In this document: piece by piece, positions 28,746-39,162 of the stretch | Numbering within the stretch: the first letter of the stretch is position 1 | Layout of the letters: the number at the start of each line of letters is the position of its first letter | Source: an uncultured delta proteobacterium | GTDB taxonomy: Bacteria > Myxococcota_A > Polyangia > Polyangiales > JAFGIB01 | Assembly (NCBI GenBank): GCA_963778655.1 | Contig: CAVZVA010000009.1 | Coordinates: 512,001-576,000, forward strand | Length of the DNA: 64,000 nucleotides | Reading direction: 5' to 3' | Program-made: the position numbers and the translations under genes | The notes under the pieces: generated by a model | The model's database searches: none | Seen by the model: the letters and a program-made list of their open reading frames with translations, nothing else | Told to the model about the DNA's origin: nothing

Positions 28746-29917
28746 CGCGCGGGGGAAGCGGCGCCGGGCCGATCGAGCAAGTGGAAGCCGAGCGCACCGG
28801 CGGCGAGCAGGCAGCCAAGCGCGCTGAACGCCGCGCCGTAGCCCAGGCGTTCGATCACCAACCCGATCAGCGGTGGCGCGGCCACGTTAGCACCCCAGTC
28901 GACGGTGGTGTAGAGCGCGGTCGCCGAGCCGCGAGCCTCGGGCCGCGCGCGCGACACGGTCAGGCTGAGGAAGACCGGAAAGGCGTAGCCGTGGCCCGTG
29001 CCGCACAGCGCGCCCCCGAGCACGATCGCCGCGGTGGTGTGCGCGCGCGCCAGCACCAGCACGCCGGCCGCGTACGCGCCGAGCGCGGGCAGCACCATGC
29101 GCCGGGCGCCGATTCGATCGGGCAAGCGCCCGCCGACCAGCCGCAACAGCAACGCCAGCAGCGCATACGCGGTGAAGAACGCGCTCACGCTGCCCTGGCC
29201 GCTCGCGATCACGAAGGTCTTCATGAAGGCGAGCAGCGCCGACATCGCGAAGAAGAACGAAAACGCCGCCACCCAGATCGGCAGCAGGTCGCGCTGCAGC
29301 GCCGTCGTGCGCAGGCTGGGCGGGGCGGTGCGCGCGCCGTGCGGCGCGCGTGCGTCGGGCAGCGGCCACGCAACCGCCACGCCCAGCACGAACGCGCTGA
29401 GCTCCGCGGCGAACAACGCGCGGTAGCTCCCGTGCGCCAGCACCAGATCGCCGATCACCGAGCTGATGCCGATCGGCACCAGCCCCGCGGCGCCGAACAG
29501 CGCGAGCCCTTGGGTGCGCCGCTGTTCGGGCACGATGTCGGCCGCATAGGTGAACAGGGCCGCGTACATCAGCGTGCTGCCCACGCCTTCGAGCACGCGC
29601 AGCGCCCAGATCCAGGGCCCGAGCGCGCGCACCAGCATGTAGCCGCCGGCCGCGACGGCCAGCAGCATGCCGCCGGCACGGATGGCGAGCGGCCGGCCGC
29701 GCGCATCCATCAGCGGGCCAACCGCGGGTCCCAGCAGCAACGCCGTGAGCGCGAGCAGCGCCACGATGCGACCGATCTGCGCCTCGCCCGCGCCCAGCTG
29801 CTCGAGAAAGCCCGAGAAGTGCACGCTGAACGCGCCGCCGATGCCGAGCAGCAGGTGCACCAGCGTGACGCGCAGGAACACGGGTGTGAACAGGCGCAGC
29901 GGGTCGGATGGAGCCAA
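28742..29917 (-). CDS. MFS transporter
   Basis: About 12 hydrophobic helices, GRLPDRIGAR motif; 4-nt overlap with lldD. Confidence 0.88.
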   Translation of the reverse strand: MAPSDPLRLFTPVFLRVTLVHLLLGIGGAFSVHFSGFLEQLGAGEAQIGRIVALLALTALLLGPAVGPLMDARGRPLAIRAGGMLLAVAAGGYMLVRALGPWIWALRVLEGVGSTLMYAALFTYAADIVPEQRRTQGLALFGAAGLVPIGISSVIGDLVLAHGSYRALFAAELSAFVLGVAVAWPLPDARAPHGARTAPPSLRTTALQRDLLPIWVAAFSFFFAMSALLAFMKTFVIASGQGSVSAFFTAYALLALLLRLVGGRLPDRIGARRMVLPALGAYAAGVLVLARAHTTAAIVLGGALCGTGHGYAFPVFLSLTVSRARPEARGSATALYTTVDWGANVAAPPLIGLVIERLGYGAAFSALGCLLAAGALGFHLLDRPGAASPAR

Positions 29918-30144
29918 GGCGGGTGCCGCAGCTTATGTCAGCTGGCACCGCGCAGGCCAGAGCGTGCGGGTAGCGATGTGCCGGGCACGTCGCGGCGCGC
30001 CATCGGCGTGGTGATTTGCGCTCCGGACCCCGGACGGCGCGCTCGTCGCGCAGCCGGGCCTATGGCCGCTGTTTGAAAGGGCTTCAAACCCCCTGCCGCG
30101 TGCCGTGCAGACGTGCTACGCCGTGCAAAAAACAGGAGCACACC

Positions 30145-31410
30145 GTGCAGCCCATGCTGATGAACGTCCAACCCGTCCCCACGCTCGACACGAAGATCAA
30201 CGACATCCGTCTCAAGACGGCCGAGATCGTCAATCGCGACATCCTGCCCAACGAGTCCAAGCTGTGGGCGTTCCGGCGCAGCGGCGGCACGCTCGCAGAG
30301 CAAGACAAGCGCGACGCGCGCGAGCTGCGGCGCGAGATCCAGGCCAAGGTCAAGCAGGCCGGGTTGTGGGCGCCGCACCTGCCCAAGGAATACGGCGGCA
30401 TGGGGCTCGACTTCCTGCCGCACGCCTACATGAACGAGGTGCTCGCCTACAGCGTCGGCGCCGCGTCGTTGTTCGGTGTGGTGGCGCCCAACTCGGGCAA
30501 CCAGAAGATCCTGGTGAAGTATGGCACCGAGGAGCAGAAGAAGAAGTGGTTGCTGCCGTTGATCGAGGGCAGCATGCAGTCGGGCTTCTCGATGACCGAG
30601 CCCGACAGCCCCGGCTCCGATCCACGCTCGCTCAAGACCACCGCGCGGCTCGATGGCGACCACTGGGTGATCAACGGTCACAAGTGGTTCACCTCGAACG
30701 GCAAGGAGTCCGACTTCTTCATCGTGATGTGCCGCACGGAAAGCGACGACGGGCCGAGTGCCGCCGATGGGCGCATGACTCAGTTCATCGTCCCCGCCAA
30801 GACGCCAGGCGTGAACATCGTGCGCGGCATTCCGATCTGGGGCCGCAGCAGCAGCGATCACTGCGAGATCATCTACGACAACGTGCGCATTCCGAAGGAG
30901 AACCAGCTCGGCCGCACCGGCTCCGGCCACGCAGCCGCGCAAGACCGCCTCGGCGCCGGCCGCATCTATCACTGCATGAACTCGATCGGCCAGATGTGGC
31001 GCGCGTTCGACTTGATGGTGCACCGCGCGGCCACGCGCGAGGTGCACGGCGGCACGCTCGAGACCAAGCAGTTCATCCAGGGCTTCATCGCCGACTCCTA
31101 CATCGACATCCAGGCCGCGCGGCTGATGACCATCCACGCCGCCGAGCGCATCGACGCCGAAGGCGATGGCCGTACCGACATCTCGGCGATCAAGATCTTC
31201 GTTCCCGCCGCCTATCACCGCGTGGTCGACCGCGCGATCCAGGTCTGGGGCGCGGCCGGCGTCTCCGGTGACCTGCCGCTGGCCGGCATGTACCAGGGCG
31301 CCCGCACCCTGCGTCTGGCCGATGGTCCCGACGAGGTGCACAAGATCCTGATCGCCAAGAACGTGCTCAAACGCTACCACGCCGGCGAAGGCTGGGACTT
31401 CGGCAACTGA
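30145..31410 (+). CDS. Acyl-CoA dehydrogenase
   Basis: AGGAG RBS; FSMTEP, INGHKWFTSN, RLGAGRIYHC, RLADGPDEVH. Confidence 0.92.
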   Translation: MQPMLMNVQPVPTLDTKINDIRLKTAEIVNRDILPNESKLWAFRRSGGTLAEQDKRDARELRREIQAKVKQAGLWAPHLPKEYGGMGLDFLPHAYMNEVLAYSVGAASLFGVVAPNSGNQKILVKYGTEEQKKKWLLPLIEGSMQSGFSMTEPDSPGSDPRSLKTTARLDGDHWVINGHKWFTSNGKESDFFIVMCRTESDDGPSAADGRMTQFIVPAKTPGVNIVRGIPIWGRSSSDHCEIIYDNVRIPKENQLGRTGSGHAAAQDRLGAGRIYHCMNSIGQMWRAFDLMVHRAATREVHGGTLETKQFIQGFIADSYIDIQAARLMTIHAAERIDAEGDGRTDISAIKIFVPAAYHRVVDRAIQVWGAAGVSGDLPLAGMYQGARTLRLADGPDEVHKILIAKNVLKRYHAGEGWDFGN

Positions 31411-31525
31411 CGCTGGGCAGCGCTCGGATCGACCGCCGCGGACCACGCCCGCAGCGCGCGCGGCGCTTGCGCGCGCCCTGGACATGACCCCGGTACCTCG
31501 GCACGGCGCACCGGCTCGCGCGACG

Positions 31526-33817
31526 CTACCGCGCTTCCAGTGCCTGCAGCCGCGCGCGGATCTTGTCCGCGCCCCTGTCGTCCGGGCGCAGGCGCAGGAA
31601 CTTGCGGAATGCGCGCGCCGCGTCGTGGGTGCGACCCAGGCGCTCCAGCACCAGGCCTTGCCCGCGATAGGCAGGCGCATAGCTCCGATCGGCAGCGATC
31701 GCCTGCTTGTATTGCGTCGTGGCCGCCTCGAAGTCGCCGCGCAGCATCGCATCCGTGGCCTGGCGCGCCAGCTCGGCCGCGCGCGCGCGCCCAGCTGCCC
31801 GCTTGTCCGCTCGTGGCGCCTCGCGCTCGCGCGCCGCTCGAGTCCCGTGTGCGTGCTCGGACCGCGCCGAGCCGGCCTGCGTACGCCGGGAGACCGTGTC
31901 GGCAGCCGACCGCGCGGTTTCGTGCTCGGCCTCGTCCCCAGCTTCGGTTGCGTGCTCGGGCTCGGGCTCGGCTTGCTGCGCGCGGACGCTGTCCGCGCTC
32001 GCGGCCGGGGTCGCGGATTGCGGCTCGACCGCACGCGGCGCCTGGGCGGCCGGCGGTGCAATCTGCTTCGCGGGCCCGACCGCGGGCTGCGGTTCGGTGG
32101 CTGTGGCCGCAGAGCGCTTTGGCATGGCGGCCGGCGCCGGAGGTGAGCGCCGCAGCGCGACGAAAGCAATCACTGCCACGGCCGCGAGCGCTGCCAGGGC
32201 GAGCCGGCTCAACGCGCGCCAGCGCGGCACGGCGCCCGCGTCGCTTGCGCGCTCGACCTCGAGCGGCGGCCGCAGCGTGTCTTCGTCGAGCCCGGGGGCC
32301 ATGAGATCCCCCGTGGCCAGGGCCGAAGCCGGCGTGGGTTGGGTGCGCTCCGACAGCGGGTCTTGGGCTTGCGCCCGCGCGTCGCCGGGCGCGCTCTCGC
32401 CCGCGGCGATCGACGCGGCGTTCTGGGGCGGCAACGCCTCGGTTGGCGCCGGCGCGGCGAGCTCGGTCACGCCTGAGCCGGCACCCGGTGCTGCTTCCTC
32501 TCCTGTCCATGGGCGCGGTCCGCCGGCCGCGGCTCCGCCGAGCGGCGACTTCAGCGCCGCCGCGTCGAGCTTCCAGGCCGGCAGCGCGGGCTTCGGCGCC
32601 CTGGCTCCCTTGCGCGCCGGCTGCGGCTTGGCGGCCGCGGGCCTACTCGCGGGACTCGTGCCTGAGGCGCGCCGGCTGGTGGTCTGTCTCTTCGTCGCTG
32701 CCGAGCCGGCCCTCGCGCCCTCGGCCTTGGGCGCGCCCGCGCGCGATCTCGACGAGGACGACGCGGCCTGCGCGTGGACCCGCCGCTTGGTCTGCCACAC
32801 CGGCTGCGTGGGGCGGCGCTTGCCCCCGGGGGCCTGGGTCTGCGCGGGCGCGCTGCGGGGGGCGATGAACGGGCCGACCAGCGTGCGCGGCCGAGGAACG
32901 CGCCGCTCGGACGCGCTCTTGGCGTCCGGCGCGGGCATCTGGGCTGCGGCCGCCGCCAGCTCCCTCACCAGCTGCGCTGCGGAGCGCTGCCGCTTCCACT
33001 GCTCGCGCGCGAGGCCCCGCGCGAGCACATCCTCGAGCGCTTGCGGGAAGCGCTGGCCCGAGACCTGGGACAACGTCGGCGGCGGACCCTTGGCCTTCTC
33101 GCGCAGCAGCGCGGGCAGATCCTCGCACTCGAACGGCAGGTTGCCCGTGATCAGCTCGAACGCCACGGTCGCCAGCGCATACACGTCGCTGGCCGGCTCG
33201 GAGGCGCCTCCGGCCAGCACCTCGGGCGCCATGAACTCCGGCGTCCCGCTGGGCTCGAGCCAGACCTGCTGGACCAGCGGGTCAGCGGCGGCGATGCCGA
33301 AATCGAGCAGCAGGGCGGTCTCCTTGCCGTCGTCGCCGCGGATGTACATCAGGTTCTCGGACTTGATGTCGCGATGCACCAGCCCCTCGGCGTGCAGCGC
33401 GTCGAGCGCCGAGGCCACCCCCTCCAGCAAGACCGCGACGCGCTGCGGCGTCATCGGGCCTTCCTCTCCGAGCTGCGTGGCCAGGTCGGTGCCGGCGATC
33501 ATCGGCATCACCAGATAGGGGCGGCCGTCGGGCAGGCTGCCCGAGTCCGAGACGCCGACCACGTGTCCGTGCGACAGCGAGCTGGCCAGCCGCGCCTCGT
33601 GGATGAAGCGCTCGACCGCGTCGAAATCGTCCACGAAGGCCTCGTCCAGGACCTTGATCGCCACCTCGCGCTGCTGCTGCTCGTGCAGTGCGGCGTAGAT
33701 GACGCTCATCCCGCCGCGGACGTGGACGCGCTCGACCAGGTAGCGGTCGTTGATCCGGGTGCCGATCAGGGGGTCGGGGGCCTGCGCGGGCAGAGGCTTG
33801 CTCGGCGTCACGGACAT
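31526..33817 (-). CDS. Membrane Ser/Thr protein kinase with C-terminal TPR
   Basis: VAIKVL, HRDIKSEN, DFG, GTPEFMAPE; low-complexity linker, TM helix, TPR. Confidence 0.92.
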   Translation of the reverse strand: MSVTPSKPLPAQAPDPLIGTRINDRYLVERVHVRGGMSVIYAALHEQQQREVAIKVLDEAFVDDFDAVERFIHEARLASSLSHGHVVGVSDSGSLPDGRPYLVMPMIAGTDLATQLGEEGPMTPQRVAVLLEGVASALDALHAEGLVHRDIKSENLMYIRGDDGKETALLLDFGIAAADPLVQQVWLEPSGTPEFMAPEVLAGGASEPASDVYALATVAFELITGNLPFECEDLPALLREKAKGPPPTLSQVSGQRFPQALEDVLARGLAREQWKRQRSAAQLVRELAAAAAQMPAPDAKSASERRVPRPRTLVGPFIAPRSAPAQTQAPGGKRRPTQPVWQTKRRVHAQAASSSSRSRAGAPKAEGARAGSAATKRQTTSRRASGTSPASRPAAAKPQPARKGARAPKPALPAWKLDAAALKSPLGGAAAGGPRPWTGEEAAPGAGSGVTELAAPAPTEALPPQNAASIAAGESAPGDARAQAQDPLSERTQPTPASALATGDLMAPGLDEDTLRPPLEVERASDAGAVPRWRALSRLALAALAAVAVIAFVALRRSPPAPAAMPKRSAATATEPQPAVGPAKQIAPPAAQAPRAVEPQSATPAASADSVRAQQAEPEPEHATEAGDEAEHETARSAADTVSRRTQAGSARSEHAHGTRAAREREAPRADKRAAGRARAAELARQATDAMLRGDFEAATTQYKQAIAADRSYAPAYRGQGLVLERLGRTHDAARAFRKFLRLRPDDRGADKIRARLQALEAR

Positions 33818-35730
33818 GGGGCGTTACTCCCATCCATACACTGACCCGACGCGCAGTGACAGCCGTCGCCAGTGCAGGCGTTTCCGCAGCCGCCGCAGTT
33901 CATGTCGTCGGTGCTCGTGTCCGTGCAGCCGCCCTGGCAGCACGCCTGCCCATTGGGGCATGCGCTGCAAGCGCCACAGGCATCGGCGACGCTGGTTGCG
34001 TCGCAGCACTGTGCGACGGCGGGGATGTCCACGCAGCCGCTGGGGCAGCAGGCCTGGCCCGCGCCGCAGCCGCCGCAGCCGCCGCAATGGTCCACGCTGC
34101 CGGTGTCGACGCACGCGTTGCCGCAGCAGGCCTGACCCGCGCCGCAGCCGCCGCAACCGCCGCAATGGTCCACGCTGCCGGTGTCGACGCACGCGTTGCC
34201 GCAGCAGGCCTGACCCGCGCCGCAGCCGCCGCAACCGCCGCAATGGTCCACGCTGCCGGTGTCGATGCACGCGCCGCCGCAGCAAGCCTGACCGGCACTG
34301 CAACCGCCGCAGCCGCCGCAGTGATCGACCGTCGTCGTGGGCACGCAGGTGCCGCCGCAACAGGCCGAGCTCGCGCCGCAGGCATTGCCGCAGCTGCCAC
34401 AGTATTGCGGGTCCGAGCTCACGTCCCTGCACACGCCGGCGCAGCACTCGGCACCCGCGCCACAGCGCGTGCCGCACGCACCGCAGTTCTGCGGGTCGGT
34501 CGCGAGCTGGAAGTCTTCGTCCACGTAGCCGTCGCAGTCCTCGTCGCTACCGTCGCACGCGGTCTCGGACGATTGCGGCGTCGGGGTCACGCACACCAAG
34601 TCGCTGCCCTTGCACTGCTGCGTGCCGAACAGGCACACGCCCTGCTTCGCGAAGTCCAGGCACAGCAGGCCGAGCCCGGGCACGTCGTCGGTCAAGCGGT
34701 TGCAGTCGTCGTCCGAGCCCGGATTGGCGCAGCTCTCCGTGCCCGGCACGACCGAGCCCTCGCACGCACCGAAGGCGCCGTTGTGGCAGGTCTGCGTGCC
34801 GGCGCGGCAGATGCCCACGCCGGCGGTGCGCGCGGGGCCGCCGTAGCAGCGCTGGGTTTGCGAGCCCGTGCAGGGGCAGCCGTCGTCGATCTGGCCGTTG
34901 CAGTTCTCGTCGGCCGCCTCGGTGCCTCCGCACACCTCCTGCGAAGGCACCACCGCACCACCGCACGCCTGCAGCTTGCCGTCCTTGCACACGCGCTTGC
35001 CCGCCTTGCACACGCCGGTGCAGGCGAAGCCGCCGCTTCCGTCGGCGGTGCAGCCGGGCATGTCCGCCGGGTAGCAGTTGACGTCGGTGCCGTTGTCGAT
35101 CACGCCGTCACAGTCGTCGTCGATCCCGTTGCAGACCTCGGCCGAGGGCCCGCCGCCAGCGCGGCACACCGGCACACCCTGCTCGCAGGCCAACACGCCC
35201 GCGCCGCAGGCGCCTTGACCCGTCACCGGACACGAGCCGAGCGCAATCTCTTCGTCGACCTTTCCGTCGCAGTCATCGTCTGCGCCGTTGCAAGCCTCAC
35301 TGACCGGGGCGAGCTGGCCCACACAGGCCTGCAAGCTGGTGCCGTTGCACTGAGCCTTTCCGTCACGGCAGATGCCCTTGCCCCGTGTCTCGGGCGGGCC
35401 GAGGTAACACGGCGCGCCGGCCACGCAATTGCCCTGCGGCGTCGGGCTCCCGCTTCCGACCGAGCCCGAGCCCGAGCCGCCCGCGGTCGAGCCGGCCCCG
35501 CCGCCTTGCGCACCCCCGAGCCCCGAGCCCGAGCCGCCCTCGCCGGTTGCCGGCAGGCCCCCCGTGGCATCGGCCAGACAGTAATCGAGGTAGCAGTGCC
35601 CGGGCGGGCAGCTGGAGTCGCAGCCGTGCGCCCCGTTGGCCTTGTCGTGGAACGAGCAGCCCGCGACGCCTGCGAGCGGCAGCACAAGCAGCAGGCCGAG
35701 CCAGGCTGAGGAACAGCGAGCCCGAGTCAC
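33808..35730 (-). CDS. Cys-rich lipoprotein (MopE-like and CGGCG repeats)
   Basis: GTG start overlapping upstream TGA; lipobox VAGC; EVCNGIDDDCDG; DPQNCGACG repeats. Confidence 0.78.
   Translation of the reverse strand: MTRARCSSAWLGLLLVLPLAGVAGCSFHDKANGAHGCDSSCPPGHCYLDYCLADATGGLPATGEGGSGSGLGGAQGGGAGSTAGGSGSGSVGSGSPTPQGNCVAGAPCYLGPPETRGKGICRDGKAQCNGTSLQACVGQLAPVSEACNGADDDCDGKVDEEIALGSCPVTGQGACGAGVLACEQGVPVCRAGGGPSAEVCNGIDDDCDGVIDNGTDVNCYPADMPGCTADGSGGFACTGVCKAGKRVCKDGKLQACGGAVVPSQEVCGGTEAADENCNGQIDDGCPCTGSQTQRCYGGPARTAGVGICRAGTQTCHNGAFGACEGSVVPGTESCANPGSDDDCNRLTDDVPGLGLLCLDFAKQGVCLFGTQQCKGSDLVCVTPTPQSSETACDGSDEDCDGYVDEDFQLATDPQNCGACGTRCGAGAECCAGVCRDVSSDPQYCGSCGNACGASSACCGGTCVPTTTVDHCGGCGGCSAGQACCGGACIDTGSVDHCGGCGGCGAGQACCGNACVDTGSVDHCGGCGGCGAGQACCGNACVDTGSVDHCGGCGGCGAGQACCPSGCVDIPAVAQCCDATSVADACGACSACPNGQACCQGGCTDTSTDDMNCGGCGNACTGDGCHCASGQCMDGSNAPCP
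34040..34330 (-). repeat. 78-bp coding tandem repeat, about 3.5 copies (CGGCGGCGAGQACCGNACVDTGSVDH)
   Basis: Near-identical units at 78-nt spacing. Confidence 0.85.
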
Positions 35731-36783
35731 AGGCTCGTCTCCCAGGTCCCGGACACGGCCAGACCGGCGGCGTGCGGGCCGATCAGCGGCGCCAGCGCGG
35801 TCTCGGTCCGGCCGCGCTTCGATTGCGCGATCGAGATCGAGCGCCAGCCACACCCCGCCGGCCGCAATCGCGGCGCCACCCACGCCCAGCAGCAGGCTGG
35901 CGGCAAGCGCTTGGTGATGGCCGAGCGTGCGCGTGCGTTCCGCGGCGTCGGCTTGCGCGGCCGTGGTCACCGGCAGCGCGGCGTAATTGTGCTCGGTGGC
36001 CTTCATCGCGGCGAACATCACCACGCCCGCCGTGATTGCCACCACGCCCGCACCGGCGACCAGCAGCGGCGGCAAAGGCAGCACCGCGCCGCCGCGGTCG
36101 GCGGGCGTCGCACGCGCCGGCGCGGCAGTCTCCGCCGGTTTGGGCTCGGGCGCTGCCGCTTCTGCGGGTCGGTTGGCGGCTTCCTCGGCTGCGGATTGTT
36201 CGGCCTCGAACAGCTCGTGGACCATCCCGTCGAGCGCCGCGAGCTGAGCACGGGTGAGCTTGCTTCCCCGCCCGCCGCGGCTGACCGAGCGCGGCTCGCC
36301 CTCGCCCTCCGCATCGAAGCGCATCAGGCGCAGCACGAGCGAGCCTCCGCGGCGAGCCACCGAGGGCACCACCAGCACCTGCGCCTCGAGCCGGTGCGCC
36401 ACCGCGGAAAGGCAGCTCGGGCTCTCGTCTGTGCAGTCGATCGCGAGCTGCACGGCTTCGAGGTCGAGCGGCGGTGGCGGGAGCAGCTCGAGGAAGGACA
36501 GCTTCGCGACCGCGGCGCGAGTTTCGCGTTCGAGCTCCGCAGGCTTGCCCGAGCCGCCGGTCGGCCCGACGATCACGAGCACGCGCTTGGTGTCGTCCGC
36601 TCGGGCCTGCGCCGTGACGCTCGCGGTGAGCGCTGCCAAGAGCGCGTACAGCGCCCTACGGGATGCGAAACCGGGGCGCAGCCCGCCCCTCCATGACTCG
36701 CGCCAGCTCACAGAACGCCCGTCCGCCCGCACACGCAGCTCCAGCGGAACTACAAGATGAGCTAGCACGCCGGCAAGCGACAC
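35727..36783 (-). pseudogene. Exported myxobacterial protein with a frameshift at ~35825 that reads through into the downstream lipoprotein gene
   Basis: Natural C-terminus QSKRGRTETALAPLIGPHAAGLAVSGTWETSL* lies in the shifted frame and ends at a GTGA overlap; true start uncertain. Confidence 0.7.
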
Positions 36784-37182
36784 GGTTCACAGGTCTTGCA
36801 CTTTTCTCAAGAATGCTCGGTAGGGATAACTGGCGGCAGCTTTGTGCAGGCAGGGGAGGGCGCGAGCCGCCTGCCGCACGCTTGCCCGAGCACGAGGCCG
36901 CAGGCCGTTCATGGGCATCCGCGAGCCCTTGCGCCGCAAGCTCGCCCGTTCGTGAACAGGCACAGGTCGGGTCGTCGCTCTCGGACGTGCCCGGCCAACG
37001 CTCAGGCACGTCCAGGCCCGGGTCGGCGATCGACGAGCTCGAATCCCGGCGCCTAGTCCTAGTCCTAGTGCGCCGCGCCGGAAGTCGAGTCAGCCCGGGC
37101 TCGCCGCCGGGAGCATCGCTGGGGGCAGCTCGTTTCGCGGCCGGTCGCGCGGGCGACTTCGGAGAGATCCGACCGGGCGAGC

Positions 37183-37722
37183 CTATAAGCGGCTGCTGAC
37201 CTCCATCGCGAACATCTTCATCGGCTCGACCATCGAGGCGTTGGTCGGCATGGTCGCGCCGATGCTGAAGTAGGTGAGCACGACGGAACGGCCGCCCTGC
37301 AGCCACCCGATGTCGATCCCGCTCATCTCGCTGACCTTCACGTAGCCGTCCTGTCCGACCGCCAGCGGATCCGCGCCGGACGGCGCGCTGTTGTAGCCGG
37401 TGCCGTCCCACAGACGAAAATGCAGGTTCTGACTGTAGGTGCTGCCGATGCTGTCTTGCTCCTCGTAGGTCCAGGAGCACTGCCCGAGCAAGGCAGGGTC
37501 CACTATCAACTGGTCCGAATCGCGCTTGGCGGTCTGGCCGAACAGCGCGGTCGCGTCGGCCTGCGTGACGATCGCGCAGGCGTCGAAGCTCTTGCCCTGC
37601 GAGCCGCCGCCGGAGCCGCCGTCCGCACCCGCCCCACCACCCCCGCAGCCGAGCGCCCCGCTGCCGAGCCACAGCGAGGCCAGCAGCGACAGCGACTCAC
37701 GGGGTCGCAATCGTGAACGCAT
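37183..37722 (-). CDS. Small lipoprotein (DUF3558-like)
   Basis: AAAGGAG RBS; lipobox ALGC; FDACAIVTQADATALFG, QCSW. Confidence 0.7.
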   Translation of the reverse strand: MRSRLRPRESLSLLASLWLGSGALGCGGGGAGADGGSGGGSQGKSFDACAIVTQADATALFGQTAKRDSDQLIVDPALLGQCSWTYEEQDSIGSTYSQNLHFRLWDGTGYNSAPSGADPLAVGQDGYVKVSEMSGIDIGWLQGGRSVVLTYFSIGATMPTNASMVEPMKMFAMEVSSRL

Positions 37723-37739
37723 CGCGCGCTCCTTTGCGC

Positions 37740-38102
37740 TCAGCCCGGCAAGTCGGTGCTGGTCAGCACTTCGTGGATCTCGAGCACGTTGGGGCCGGCG
37801 AACATCTCGCGCGGCGGCCGGTTGTTGTGGGCCTCGGCAAAGGCCGGGCTGCGTGTCCACGCCACGAAGTCCTCGAAGCTGCGCCACCAGGTCTTGACCT
37901 CGTAGTAGCCCTGCGCCTCCGGGTCGTCGGTCCAGGTGCCCTGCGCGTGGTCCAGCTTCATGGGCCGTGGCCGGTGCACCTCGTTGCGCACGAACCCGGG
38001 AGCTTGGTCGACCAGATGGGCGCGGCGTTTGAAGCGATCTTCGAAATCGATTTCGTGGCCCTTGGCCACCGGAATGCGGTTGGTGGTGACGATCATGACC
38101 AT
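37740..38102 (-). CDS. Antibiotic-biosynthesis monooxygenase family (IsdG/HmoB-like)
   Basis: TNRIPV, FEDRF, PGFV, WTRSPAFAEAH. Confidence 0.85.
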   Translation of the reverse strand: MVMIVTTNRIPVAKGHEIDFEDRFKRRAHLVDQAPGFVRNEVHRPRPMKLDHAQGTWTDDPEAQGYYEVKTWWRSFEDFVAWTRSPAFAEAHNNRPPREMFAGPNVLEIHEVLTSTDLPG

Positions 38103-38181
38103 GCACCTCGCTTGCAGCGTCCGCGAAGCGTAACACCGAGGCCGCGCCCGTTGGCCGGGAAAACCGCCCGAGCCGGCGGCC

Positions 38182-39162
38182 TCAGCGGTTGACGCTGCGC
38201 ATGTCGGGATAGCGCTGGCCGCTGGCGGCGCCCCTGGGCGCCGCCTCATCGATGCGCGCGAGCTCGTCGCGGCTGAGCGCGATCTCCGTCGCCGCCACGT
38301 TCTGCTCGAGGTAGCGCCGCCGTTTGGTACCCGGAATCACCACGATGTCGTCGCCCTGCGCGAGCACCCACGCGAGCGCGAGCTGCGCCGGGGTCACCTT
38401 GCGTGCCCGCGCGAGCTCGTTCAGACGCGCCACGACTTGCAGGTTCTGCTGGAAGTTCTCGGCGGTGAAGCGCGGAAACATGCGCCGCCGGTCGTCGGGC
38501 GCGAGGTCTTCCGACCGCTTGATGTCGCCGCTCAGCATGCCGCGCCCGAGCGGGCTGTAGGCGACGAAGCCGATGCCGAGCCGGCGCGTGGTCCGCAGGA
38601 TGCCTTCTTCCGGCTCACGGCTGAACAGCGAGTATTCGGTCTGCAGCGCGCTGATCGGGTGCACCCGATGGGCGCGCTCGATCGTGGCCGGGGCGGCCTC
38701 GGAAAGCCCCAGGTAACGCACCTTGCCGGCGCGCACCAGCTCGGCCATGGCCCCTACCGTGTCTTCGATCGGCACGTTGGGGTCGACCCGGTGCTGATAG
38801 TAGAGGTCGATGTGCTCCACGCCGAGCCGCTTCAATGACGCATCCGCGCAGCTGCGCACGTACTCGGGACGCCCGTCGACGCCCCGGAACGAGCCGTCGG
38901 CGCCGCGCACGTTGCCGAACTTGGTGGCGATGATCGCGCGCTCGCGCTTGCCGCGCAGCGCGCGCCCGAGCAGCTCCTCGTTGGTGAACGGGCCGTACAT
39001 GTCGGCCGTGTCGAAGAAATCGACCCCGAGCTCGAGCGCGCGCTCGATGGTGGCAATCGACTCCGCCTCGTCGCGCGGGCCGTAAAACTCCGACATGCCC
39101 ATGCAGCCGAGCCCGATCTCGGCGACCTCGAGTCCCTGTGTGCCAAGCTTGCGTTTCTTCAT
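38182..39162 (-). CDS. Aldo/keto reductase
   Basis: [41 protein letters not shown]. Confidence 0.93.
   Translation of the reverse strand: MKKRKLGTQGLEVAEIGLGCMGMSEFYGPRDEAESIATIERALELGVDFFDTADMYGPFTNEELLGRALRGKRERAIIATKFGNVRGADGSFRGVDGRPEYVRSCADASLKRLGVEHIDLYYQHRVDPNVPIEDTVGAMAELVRAGKVRYLGLSEAAPATIERAHRVHPISALQTEYSLFSREPEEGILRTTRRLGIGFVAYSPLGRGMLSGDIKRSEDLAPDDRRRMFPRFTAENFQQNLQVVARLNELARARKVTPAQLALAWVLAQGDDIVVIPGTKRRRYLEQNVAATEIALSRDELARIDEAAPRGAASGQRYPDMRSVNR

Noticed and set aside
34040..34330. CRISPR array
   Set aside because: Contiguous in-frame coding repeats without unique spacers; no cas genes
37183..38136. 317-aa ORF
   Set aside because: 5' part overlaps the ABM gene; RBS and lipobox place the start at 37722
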